Under the pieces are notes generated by a model that saw nothing but the letters and a program-made list of their open reading frames with translations, had not been told where the DNA came from and did no database searches. A stretch of 58,519 nt of DNA from Myxococcota bacterium (GTDB lineage: Bacteria; Myxococcota_A; Polyangia; JBBTFH01). The position numbers were made by a program, and so were the translations under genes. Numbering within the stretch: position 1 is the stretch's first letter; each line of letters opens with the position of its first letter. Positions 18,132 through 26,670 of the stretch are shown in pieces. The stretch covers positions 1 to 58,519 of the forward strand of contig JBBTFH010000110.1 of the NCBI GenBank assembly GCA_038041915.1, in the 5' to 3' direction.

Positions 18132-18947
18132 CTACGCGCCGCACTGCACGATCAGCACGGTCACGTTGTCCATGCCGCCGTTGCGGTTCGCTTCCTCGAC
18201 GAGGCGCTCGACCGCCTGATCGAGCTCGGGCGACTCGCCCACGATCCGTAGGATCTCCGGGTCGGTGACCATGCCCGACAGCCCGTCGGAGCACATCAGG
18301 AACATGTCGCCGTCCTTGACGGCTTCCTGCTTGACGTCGACCTGCACCGCTTCGCGCATGCCGAGCGCGCGCGTGATGACGTTCTTGTGCGGGAAGTTAC
18401 GCTCTTCCTCTTCGGTCATGTCGGGACGCGCTTCCTTGTAGTCCTCGAGCAGCGAGTGGTCGCGCGTGACCTGCTGGATGGCGCCGCCGCGCACTCGGTA
18501 GCAACGACTGTCGCCGACGTGCCCGACGTACATCGTGCCGATGGCGCCGTTGGTCGCGTCCGCGCCGTCGTCGTTGACCAGCAGCGTCACGAGCGTGGTG
18601 CCCATGCCCTTGAAGCGCACGTCGCGCGCCGACGAGTCGAAAATGCGGTTGTTGGCGAGCTTGATGCCGCATGCGAGGCGGTTCTCGATGTACCCGAGCG
18701 TCGGATCCATCTTGTACGGCCAGGTCGCCTCTTCGTCCTTCGTGCGCTGGTAGTACTCGCCGAGCGTCTCGGCCGCCATGCGGCTGGCGACCTCGCCCGA
18801 GCTGTGCCCGCCCATGCCGTCGGCGACGATGAAGAGCTGCTCGTCCTCGATGAGCGAGAAGAAGTCCTCGTTGTGCGTCCGCTTCATACCCACGTCTGTC
18901 TTGGCGGCGTAGCGAATGCGCATGGGAAAAGAGAGTCCGTCGCTCAT
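18132..18947 (-). CDS. PP2C-family Ser/Thr protein phosphatase
   Basis: It carries the motifs [14 protein letters not shown]...[17 protein letters not shown]...GDSRCYR...CSDGLS...DNVTVLIV. Confidence 0.92.
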   Translation of the reverse strand: MSDGLSFPMRIRYAAKTDVGMKRTHNEDFFSLIEDEQLFIVADGMGGHSSGEVASRMAAETLGEYYQRTKDEEATWPYKMDPTLGYIENRLACGIKLANNRIFDSSARDVRFKGMGTTLVTLLVNDDGADATNGAIGTMYVGHVGDSRCYRVRGGAIQQVTRDHSLLEDYKEARPDMTEEEERNFPHKNVITRALGMREAVQVDVKQEAVKDGDMFLMCSDGLSGMVTDPEILRIVGESPELDQAVERLVEEANRNGGMDNVTVLIVQCGA

Positions 18948-19016
18948 ATCAGCCGACGGAGCGCGGTGTCAAACCCACCATGTCGATCGGTCGCGCGCGA
19001 CGCGCGATGGGAGTTC

Positions 19017-19051
19017 TTGACAGGCCCGAGGGCACTACTCTAATGTTCAGT
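19017..19051 (+). promoter_or_regulatory. Candidate sigma70-type promoter overlapping a LexA-box-like motif, upstream of cinA-thpR-recA
   Basis: TTGACA (19017-22) is followed by an 18-nt spacer and then TAATGT (19041-46). CTACTCTAATGTTCAGT (19035-51) contains the CT...GTTCAG core of the consensus I recall for Myxococcus LexA boxes (CTRHAMRYBYGTTCAGS), matching 11 of 17 positions. Confidence 0.35.
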
Positions 19052-19072
19052 GCCTCCGCGGGCGTGGAACCA

Positions 19073-20386
19073 ATGGCAAGCAGCGAAATCCTCACCGTCG
19101 GTGACGAGCTTCTGCGGGGCGACATCGTCGACACCAACGCGGCCTTCCTGGCGGAGCGGCTGTTCGATCTCGGACTGTCCGCGTCCGCCATCCTCTCGGT
19201 CGGTGACGCGCAGGGCGGGCTGGTCGAGGCCCTGCGCGCGGCGGGCGCCCGCACCGACCTGTTGGTGGTGTCGGGCGGCCTCGGCCCGACAGAGGATGAC
19301 CGCACGGCCGAGGCGGCGGCGCGGGCTGCCGGCGTTTCGCGCGCGCTCGACGCGCCGTCGCTCGAGGCAATGCGCGCGCGCTTCGCGCACGCCAACGACC
19401 GAGGCCCGAAAAGCGCGAGCGCGAGCGAGCGCGGGGCCGAGGAAGTGCCGAAGCGTAGCGAGGCCTTCGCGATGACGCCCAACAACGAGAGCCAAGCGTG
19501 GCTGCCCGACGGCGCCGAGGCGCTGCCGAATCCGGTCGGCACCGCCCCGGGCTTCGCGATGACGCTTGGCCGCGCGCGCGCCTTCTTCCTGCCCGGCGTG
19601 CCGCGCGAGCTTCAGCGCATGTTCGCGGACGAGGTCGCGCCGCGCCTGACGGCGCTCGGCCTGGGGCGCCGCCGCCGCATGCGTACGCTGCGCGTCTTCG
19701 GCATGGGCGAGTCGCAGATCGACCACCGGCTGCGCGACCTCCCGCTCGAAGGCGTAGCTCTGCACTACCAGACGCGCTTTCCCGAAAACCTGGTCAAGCT
19801 CGTGTGCGAGGACGAAGCCGCGCTCGCGCGCGTCGAGGCTTTGATCCGAGAGCGGCTGGGCGACGCGATCTACGGTGTCGACGACGAGACGATGCCCGCT
19901 CGCGTCGGCGCGGCGCTGCGGGCGCGCGGTGCGACGCTCGCCGTCGCCGAGTCGTGCACCGGCGGGCTGCTCGGGCACCTCATCACCGAAGTGCCCGGCA
20001 GCTCGGAGTACTTTCGCTTCGGCGCGGTCTGCTACGCGAACGAGCACAAGGCGCGCGTGCTGGGCGTTTCGGGCGAGACGCTCGCGCACGAGGGCGCGGT
20101 GAGCCGCGCGTGCGTGCTCGAGATGGCCGAGGGCGTGCGGCGTCTGGGCCAGGCGAGCTTCGGCGTGGCCGTGAGCGGCGTCGCCGGTCCGAGCGGCGGC
20201 ACGCCCGAGACGCCGGTCGGGACGGTGCACCTCGCCGTCGCCGATGAGGGCGGGCGGCGCATGGCGAAGAAACTCTTTCATCCGGCGACCGGCCCGCTCG
20301 CGCGCGAGCAGATCAAGCGCCTCGCCGCCTTCGGCGCGCTTGCCCTGCTCCTGGGCGCGTGCGAAAGAGGCTTTCGCGATGAGTGA
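19073..20386 (+). CDS. cinA: CinA (MoCF-binding domain plus PncC nicotinamide-nucleotide amidase domain)
   Basis: The N-terminal domain reads ILTVGDELLRGDIVDTNAAFLA...VVSGGLGPTEDD. The C-terminal domain reads LAVAESCTGGLLG...AVSGVAGPSGG. An alternative in-frame ATG lies at 19043. Confidence 0.9.
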   Translation: MASSEILTVGDELLRGDIVDTNAAFLAERLFDLGLSASAILSVGDAQGGLVEALRAAGARTDLLVVSGGLGPTEDDRTAEAAARAAGVSRALDAPSLEAMRARFAHANDRGPKSASASERGAEEVPKRSEAFAMTPNNESQAWLPDGAEALPNPVGTAPGFAMTLGRARAFFLPGVPRELQRMFADEVAPRLTALGLGRRRRMRTLRVFGMGESQIDHRLRDLPLEGVALHYQTRFPENLVKLVCEDEAALARVEALIRERLGDAIYGVDDETMPARVGAALRARGATLAVAESCTGGLLGHLITEVPGSSEYFRFGAVCYANEHKARVLGVSGETLAHEGAVSRACVLEMAEGVRRLGQASFGVAVSGVAGPSGGTPETPVGTVHLAVADEGGRRMAKKLFHPATGPLAREQIKRLAAFGALALLLGACERGFRDE

Positions 20387-20972
20387 CGCGGGGCAGATGC
20401 GGGCGTTTCTCGCGGTCGATCTCGCCGTGCCGACGGTGCGGCGCGTCGCCGAAGCGCAGGGAGCGCTGCGCGCGGCGGCCGCGAGCGCCGGCTGGCGGGT
20501 GGGCTGGGTCTCGCCCGCGCAGATGCACGTGACGCTCAAGTTCCTCGGCGGCGTCCGCCGCGAGTTGGCGACGGCCATAGAGGACCGCCTCGCGCGCGCG
20601 CTCGCGGCCTTCTCGCCCTTCGAGGTCGAGGCGGCGTCGGCGGGCGCGTTCCCGAGCGAAGGCCGCCCGCACGTCCTGTGGATCGGCCTGCGGGGCGACG
20701 ACGGGCGCTTGGTTCGCCTCGCCGGCGAAGTCGACGCGGCGATGGAGGGCCTGGGCCTCGTGCGCGAGGCGCGCGCCTTCCACCCGCACGTCACCGTCGG
20801 ACGCGTCAAGGAAGCGCAAGGCGGCGCCGACAGCGTGATTGCGGGGCTGGGCGAATCGTCGTTCGGGACCAGCATCGTGCGCGAGGTCGTCCTCTACGAA
20901 AGTCACACCTTGCCGTCGGGAGCGAAGTACACACCGCTCGCGCGCGTGCCACTCGGCGCGCGCCGAGCCTGA
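20379..20972 (+). CDS. thpR: RNA 2',3'-cyclic phosphodiesterase ThpR/LigT (2H family)
   Basis: Two HxT motifs are present (HVTLKF and HVTVGR). The gene overlaps the 3' end of cinA by 8 nt. Confidence 0.85.
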   Translation: MSDAGQMRAFLAVDLAVPTVRRVAEAQGALRAAAASAGWRVGWVSPAQMHVTLKFLGGVRRELATAIEDRLARALAAFSPFEVEAASAGAFPSEGRPHVLWIGLRGDDGRLVRLAGEVDAAMEGLGLVREARAFHPHVTVGRVKEAQGGADSVIAGLGESSFGTSIVREVVLYESHTLPSGAKYTPLARVPLGARRA

Positions 20973-21030
20973 GGCCGACGGTAAGGGAAGCATCCTTCCG
21001 CCGGCACTGAGAAAGAGAAGGGACCATCTC

Positions 21031-22116
<1,086 letters not shown>

Positions 22117-22122
22117 TTCCGC

Positions 22123-22587
22123 TCAGCCCACGCGCAGCTCGAGCGTCTTCGGATCGAGTGTCCACACGAGCCGGCCGGGCGGAGCTCCCGCGATCTCGAT
22201 ACACACGACCTGCGCCTTGGCGAGCGGCGGGTGCGTCCGTCCCAGCAGCATGCCGGCGAGCGCGCCGAGGAGCGGCTCGTGGGCGACCAACGCCACGTCG
22301 TCCGTCTCGCCAAGGACGATCGGCTTGGCGAGCACCGCGGGCGTCGCCGGCATCAGGCGCGCGTGCGTCTCGATGGCGAAGTCGAAGGCGAGGGCGGCGG
22401 CGATGAGCTCGGCCGTCTGCACCGCGCGCGGAAGCGGGCTCGCCAGCATGCGCGCGGGCCGCGCGCCGGTGCGCGCGAGCGCTTCGCCGACGCGCCTCAC
22501 GCCGCGCCGCCCTTCGAGCGTCAGCGTGCGCGCGCCGTCGTCGGGCGCCATGCGCGCCTCGCCATGGCGGATCAAGTAGACTCTCAC
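22123..22587 (-). CDS. sixA: Phosphohistidine phosphatase SixA (histidine phosphatase superfamily)
   Basis: It shows [11 protein letters not shown]...[11 protein letters not shown]...VAHEPLLG. It is convergent with recA with only 6 bp between the stop codons. Confidence 0.8.
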   Translation of the reverse strand: MRVYLIRHGEARMAPDDGARTLTLEGRRGVRRVGEALARTGARPARMLASPLPRAVQTAELIAAALAFDFAIETHARLMPATPAVLAKPIVLGETDDVALVAHEPLLGALAGMLLGRTHPPLAKAQVVCIEIAGAPPGRLVWTLDPKTLELRVG

Positions 22588-22590
22588 GCG

Positions 22591-23214
22591 ATGAGCCTAA
22601 CCTCTCTGGTGCGACGCGCGAGAATTCTCACGCTGGCCGCTGCGACGTGGTCGGCCTGCGGTGGCGGCGGCGGGGAAGCCGAGTCCGAAGCGGAAGCGGA
22701 AGCGGAAGCGGAATCGGAGGCGGAGGCCGAGGGCGAGGGCGAACTGGTCGTGGGGGCGGGCGATCCCGACGCTCCGGTGTTCGATCCACTGCCCGACGAC
22801 GGCACGATCCCGCTCTTCCCGGGACCGCAGGGCGGCTACCATGTGTACTTGCAGTTCCGCGCGCGCGGGCTGGATGCGACGTCGGTCTGGATCGACCGCC
22901 GCTTGATCGACGCGGACTCGGGGCTGGTCCTGGTCGAGCTGCGCGAGGCCCGCGCGCTGGTCGACGCGGGCGACGGCTGGCGAGGCATCGAGAGCGGGGT
23001 GCAGACGAACCTGTGCCCGTCGGACATTCCGGGATGGGCGCTCCACGATCGCGCTTTCGATCTCGGCGTCGTGCTGACCGACATGGACGACGAAGCGCGG
23101 ACAATCGAGACCAAGCGGGAGATCCGCCCGTCCTGCCCCGACGGTGACGACGCGTGCACCGACGACTACTGCATCGGCTGCGCGGCGCCCCCGCCGGACG
23201 GCTGCGGACCCTAG
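22591..23214 (+). CDS. Hypothetical lipoprotein with an acidic AESE linker and a Cys-rich C-terminus
   Basis: An ATG at 22591 is followed by the signal peptide and lipobox WSAC, then GGGGGEAESEAEAEAEAESEAEAEGEGE. The upstream part of track ORF 22231..23214 is antisense to sixA. Confidence 0.65.
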   Translation: MSLTSLVRRARILTLAAATWSACGGGGGEAESEAEAEAEAESEAEAEGEGELVVGAGDPDAPVFDPLPDDGTIPLFPGPQGGYHVYLQFRARGLDATSVWIDRRLIDADSGLVLVELREARALVDAGDGWRGIESGVQTNLCPSDIPGWALHDRAFDLGVVLTDMDDEARTIETKREIRPSCPDGDDACTDDYCIGCAAPPPDGCGP

Positions 23215-23234
23215 ACCCCGGCCCCGCATTCCTA

Positions 23235-23280
23235 CGGAGCCATCGGCCGGATTTGAACCGGCGACCTGCGGTTTAGGAAA
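23235..23280. repeat. Distal att repeat (tRNA-Thr 3' fragment, copy 1)
   Basis: cggagccatcggccggatttgaaccggcgacctgcggttta is identical to 30614-30654. One mismatch follows at 23276 (the middle anticodon base), then gaaa matches. There is no tRNA 5' half. Confidence 0.9.
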
Positions 23281-23513
23281 TCTTCCTGGCCTCAACCGTC
23301 TCGCATCCTTGCGAGTCGTTCCGCAGCCTTGGCGCATCCCGCCGCCACGTGCCGTCACCCGTCGTCACCGCCGACTTGTGAATCTACTTGTGAACGGGTT
23401 CACGGCCGCACGGAGCGCGACGAGGGCCGCCGCCGGCGATGGAGAAACCGCCCACCGCCATCTCCTCGCGCTCCGCGAGCGGCTCGGGAAACTCCGCCTG
23501 GTGCGCTGAACCG

Positions 23514-23717
23514 TCAGCGCCGCGCGCGGCGGCGGCGGGGCTTCTCGGCGCGCGCTTCTTCCATGAACCGCCGGTGCTCGGGCTCGCGACGCTTCAGATA
23601 CGCGACGAGCCCCTCGACCGTGCCGCCGGCCGCTTCGACCATCTTCGCTCGCCAGCGCCGCACGTCGGCGACGGGCGGTGGGTCGCGGTCAATCACGCTC
23701 TGAGTTCTCGGGGCCAA
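23514..23717 (-). CDS. Hypothetical 67-aa basic protein, possibly the partner of the PIN protein
   Basis: A small ORF overlapping the 3' end of the PIN gene by 29 nt. I recognise no family. Coding status is uncertain at this GC content. Confidence 0.3.
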   Translation of the reverse strand: MAPRTQSVIDRDPPPVADVRRWRAKMVEAAGGTVEGLVAYLKRREPEHRRFMEEARAEKPRRRRARR

Positions 23718-24168
23718 GCAGTTCCTCCGGCGTCACCAACTCCGGGCAGGCATGCCCGCGCAGACGATTGTACTCGCGCACGCGCGCTCGTCGAGAGCCC
23801 GAAGCCATGTGGCGGATGTTCCACGTCACCAGGTAGTCGGCGCCGTGCATCGTCGCGAGCGCGATGTGAAGGGCGTCGGCCACGCTGCCTCCGGGCAGGA
23901 TGCCGGCTTCGATGTATCCCAGCGCCAGACTTGTCACGTCCACTGTCGGCCGGACGACAGCGAACCCGTCGACCAGCCGAAGCAGTTGTCGGCGCCGCAC
24001 CGCCGGCGCACCGGCGACCTCGTCCATGAGGACCGTCGAGACGATGGTCCGGTAGCTCGGCCGTACGCGCGCCCACCACTCGCGCGTGACGCGCTGCCGC
24101 TCGCGCCAGCGACGGTCGAAGTAGGCGTTCGGCACCGACGTGTCGAGGTAGACCAGCTTCGGCTCCAC
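23689..24168 (-). CDS. PIN-domain protein (VapC-like toxin)
   Basis: It shows LVYLDTSVPNAYF...VLMDEV...VADALHIALATMHGADYLVTWNIRH, a PIN acidic-residue pattern with a C-terminal WNxxH motif. Confidence 0.7.
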   Translation of the reverse strand: MEPKLVYLDTSVPNAYFDRRWRERQRVTREWWARVRPSYRTIVSTVLMDEVAGAPAVRRRQLLRLVDGFAVVRPTVDVTSLALGYIEAGILPGGSVADALHIALATMHGADYLVTWNIRHMASGSRRARVREYNRLRGHACPELVTPEELLGPENSERD

Positions 24169-24177
24169 GGCGGCAGA

Positions 24178-24840
24178 CTACCTCCGACCGCGGCGCACCG
24201 CCTGCCTCCGCCTTGCCGAGCGCATCGGCCCGCCCGGCGCCCCACTTCTTCGCGAGGTGCGCGTCGTTCTCGCACGCCCACTACTCGCATGTGGACGCAG
24301 CCGAGCAGCAGGCCGCGGTGGGGCGCGTCGGCCAACTTCTCGGCGGCCAACTTGGGAATCCACTTGTGAATCCCAAGTCGCCGTTTCCGGCCAACAACAA
24401 AAAACAAGCGTGATTCCCGGAGCCATCGGCCGGATTTGAACCGGCGACCTGCGGTTTACGAAGGCGAATCCGCCTTCGTGATCGCGGGCAGTTGGGCAGT
24501 CGTGACGGGCACTTATCGTTGCCGAACGTCGCCAGCCGTCTCGGCCCGTCACGGCGAAGTGGGGGAAGAGGTGGGGGATCGGGGATCGAAGCGACGTGCC
24601 GGTGCGGAGGTCGTAGACGCAACCAACGACCGGGGCCTCCGCCTTCGCGCGCAGCGCCGCCTTCGCGGCGAACATCCGCTCGACCATGCCGGGGTGCAAC
24701 AGCGCCTCGTGGCAGTCGCCGCACACGTCCGCGCGTACGCGCACGAGCGCCACGTCGTCGCCCTCGCGCACGACCCGCTCGACCTCGCGATCCGCTTCCA
24801 ACGTTCCACCGCACAGCGGGCACTTCGACGGCGTGCTCAT
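24178..24840 (-). CDS. YgiT-type zinc-finger protein (MqsA-N-like); only the first ~75 aa are recognisable, and the ORF then runs through att copy 2
   Basis: It begins MSTPSKCPLCGGTLEADREVERVV..GDDVALVRVRADVCGDCHEALL, a CxxC...CxxC YgiT zinc ribbon. The reading frame has no stop until 24178 and crosses 24462-24418, so the C-terminus is probably not native. Confidence 0.5.
   Translation of the reverse strand: MSTPSKCPLCGGTLEADREVERVVREGDDVALVRVRADVCGDCHEALLHPGMVERMFAAKAALRAKAEAPVVGCVYDLRTGTSLRSPIPHLFPHFAVTGRDGWRRSATISARHDCPTARDHEGGFAFVNRRSPVQIRPMAPGITLVFCCWPETATWDSQVDSQVGRREVGRRAPPRPAARLRPHASSGRARTTRTSRRSGAPGGPMRSARRRQAVRRGRR
24273..24413 (+). pseudogene. Tyrosine-integrase C-terminal remnant (copy 2)
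   Basis: The translation HAHYSHVDAAEQQAAVGRV... matches the catalytic-Tyr region (..HYSHV..) of the remnant at 30352-30609. It ends 5 nt before att copy 2. No upstream integrase body is present. Confidence 0.6.
24418..24462. repeat. Internal att repeat (tRNA-Thr 3' fragment, copy 2)
   Basis: These 45 bp are identical to 30614-30658, which runs from the anticodon loop to the discriminator base plus 3 nt. Similarity ends abruptly at 24463. Confidence 0.92.
24552..24581. repeat. 30-bp copy of the integrase-tail segment
   Basis: cggcgaagtgggggaagaggtgggggatcg versus 30540-30569 cggcgaagtgggggatcaggtgggggatcg, with 2 mismatches. The tRNA-proximal copy encodes ..GEVGDQVGDR.. of the integrase remnant. 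Confidence 0.7.
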
Positions 24841-24989
24841 CGTTTCACCCTTCGCCGGAAGTCCGGCGACCATTTCGCCGGGTCCGGCCGGTAGCTCGTG
24901 ACAAGGATAGCACTTCCCGACGGCGCGTCGTACGCCCAGACCGCGTGGATCGGCCGGCCCGGTGTCGCCCGCGAATCAAGCAGCGAGCC

Positions 24990-25262
24990 TTATCGTCGGC
25001 GTCCTGATTCCGGGTTCCACGCGACGGCGGCGATCACGATCCGTCTTTCACTCTCGATCCAGTAGGTGACCCAGAAGTCCCCGAACGAGCAACCGAGCGT
25101 CCCAGGGAGATAGGGGAATGGAAGGAACGACTTCATGCCACCGTCCGCGTGCGGGTTCGCGCAGAGGAGCGAGATCGAACGATAGAATGCGTCCCTGTCG
25201 GGCTTGTTCAGCGCGACGACGAACGACTCGGCCAGCGGGGACAAGTCAACATCAAAGATCAC
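24990..25262 (-). CDS. RelE/ParE-superfamily-like toxin (90 aa)
   Basis: The size and the C-terminal pattern FWVTYWIESERRIVIAAVAW resemble ParE/RelE toxins. The upstream small ORF overlaps by 11 nt. Confidence 0.45.
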   Translation of the reverse strand: MIFDVDLSPLAESFVVALNKPDRDAFYRSISLLCANPHADGGMKSFLPFPYLPGTLGCSFGDFWVTYWIESERRIVIAAVAWNPESGRRR

Positions 25263-25422
25263 CGAGCCGTCTCTTTACGTCTTCAAGTCTTCGGCGGCCA
25301 CCTTCGGCCAACTCCAACTGCCCGCGGATCGTTGACGCGACGAGTTCGGCGTCCCCTGCCATTCTCTGGCCCAAGGTGGCGCCGGTGAGGGGCAGTTCCA
25401 CGAGCATTGGCCAACCCATCAT
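25252..25422 (-). CDS. Putative small antitoxin (56 aa)
   Basis: This is the C-terminal part of track ORF 25252..25623 (MMGWPMLVELPL...LEDVKRRLGDL). It overlaps the start of the RelE/ParE-like gene. The call rests on position only. Confidence 0.3.
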   Translation of the reverse strand: MMGWPMLVELPLTGATLGQRMAGDAELVASTIRGQLELAEGGRRRLEDVKRRLGDL

Positions 25423-25567
25423 CTCGGCGGTCGGGGTTCCCGCCGTGGCCGGCGCAACTGCGAACGCAGCCCCGGCAACCTGCGTCAACTGGTACGCCGA
25501 CGCCAAGCCGTCGGTAGTTCCGGTCCACGACGGCGCCCTCGCTTCCGTGCCAACGGCTCTCATGGAA

Positions 25568-26611
25568 CTAATCATAGCTCCCGTCCCGGGCGGGAAGCCA
25601 GCCCTCAAACAGGACCCTCTCAATTACTTGATCCATCGCAGCCGCAACACCAGCCTGGGGCATCGGTACGCGCAAGATCTCTCTTTGGGTCACGAACACG
25701 TGTTGCGTCAGCACGTTGCCGTCGAGCGACTCAATCGCGGCCCTCTCGTATCGTTTCTCCGCTCTTGGGGCTGACCCGAGATCCAGCGCGGGGCTTGGCG
25801 GTCGAGTGAGCTGGAACCAGTCACGATACTCGACATAAAGATCCCACAGAATCTGCTCTTGGTTCGCCGTGGGTTTCCGCAGCGGCAGCTTGAGGTCCGT
25901 CTTTGCCTCCTCGCGCCCGATCAAGTAGCCGTGGGATGGAACGCCACGCGTCAGACTGTGGACCACCTTTCGGACGTGAGATGCGTCGCGGTCGTGAACT
26001 CGCATGACCTTCGAAGCGAGAGCAGCGTTCTGCTTTCGCGCCCGGAAAACGGCGCCGAGCGCGAGGGGGTGAACGTGGGACGCTAGCAGCTTCAGCACCT
26101 CGATCATGTGCGCTTCGGACTTGATGCCCGCCTCCTCGCGGGCGAGATCGAGAAAACCGATCATATCCTCTACGCTGACCGGAAGTCGGGCAGCTCCGCC
26201 CGAGGGGGAGCCTGGCGCAGCCGGGCTGTACGGCGACGACACGGATGGGTCGACGGGGCTGAGCTGGGCATGTCGGCCAAGTAGGAGTTCGTTGGCGCCC
26301 AGCGCGATCAGGGTCCCGCAGCTCAGAGCTCGGAATGGAACCGCAACGACGAGCCGGCCGCAGTACCGCGTTGCCAGGTCCACAAGGCTCCGCCCGGCAA
26401 CGGGATCGCCACCCACCGTGTAGAGAAAGATCGCGAGCCTCTCTTGGTGACCGATGCGTGCTAGGTGTTCCGAAACGAGCGGGATGGCGTCGCCCGCGAT
26501 CATCGTCTCCAACGAAGAGCGATCCCCAGTCACGAAGCAGAGGACTCGCGCCTCTATTGCTTGCTCAAGATCCCGGACCAACTTCTTCCGCTTCTCGACG
26601 CTCATCGTCAT
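25568..26611 (-). CDS. SDH-family Clp-fold serine proteinase (S49/ClpP-crotonase-like, PF01972-type)
   Basis: The sequence VLCFVTGDRSS...LAIFLYTVGGDPVAGRSLVDL...VVAVPFRALSCGTLIALGANELLLGRHAQLSPVDP matches the 'serine dehydrogenase proteinase' pattern, including the nucleophile Ser in ALSCGT. The gene lies 59 bp downstream of the RM gene on the same strand. Confidence 0.7.
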   Translation of the reverse strand: MTMSVEKRKKLVRDLEQAIEARVLCFVTGDRSSLETMIAGDAIPLVSEHLARIGHQERLAIFLYTVGGDPVAGRSLVDLATRYCGRLVVAVPFRALSCGTLIALGANELLLGRHAQLSPVDPSVSSPYSPAAPGSPSGGAARLPVSVEDMIGFLDLAREEAGIKSEAHMIEVLKLLASHVHPLALGAVFRARKQNAALASKVMRVHDRDASHVRKVVHSLTRGVPSHGYLIGREEAKTDLKLPLRKPTANQEQILWDLYVEYRDWFQLTRPPSPALDLGSAPRAEKRYERAAIESLDGNVLTQHVFVTQREILRVPMPQAGVAAAMDQVIERVLFEGWLPARDGSYD

Positions 26612-26670
26612 CTACTCTACAGGAATCTCAGCTCGTCGGCGCTTGGAATGCAGGTGCCCGAGACGCTCCA

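Noticed and set aside
23235-23320. Additional tRNA genes at 23235-23320 and 24418-24500.
   Set aside because: Only the 3' part (T-arm, acceptor 3' strand and half of the anticodon arm) is present. Upstream sequence cannot form the D-arm, the anticodon-stem 5' strand or the acceptor 5' strand. They are att duplications.
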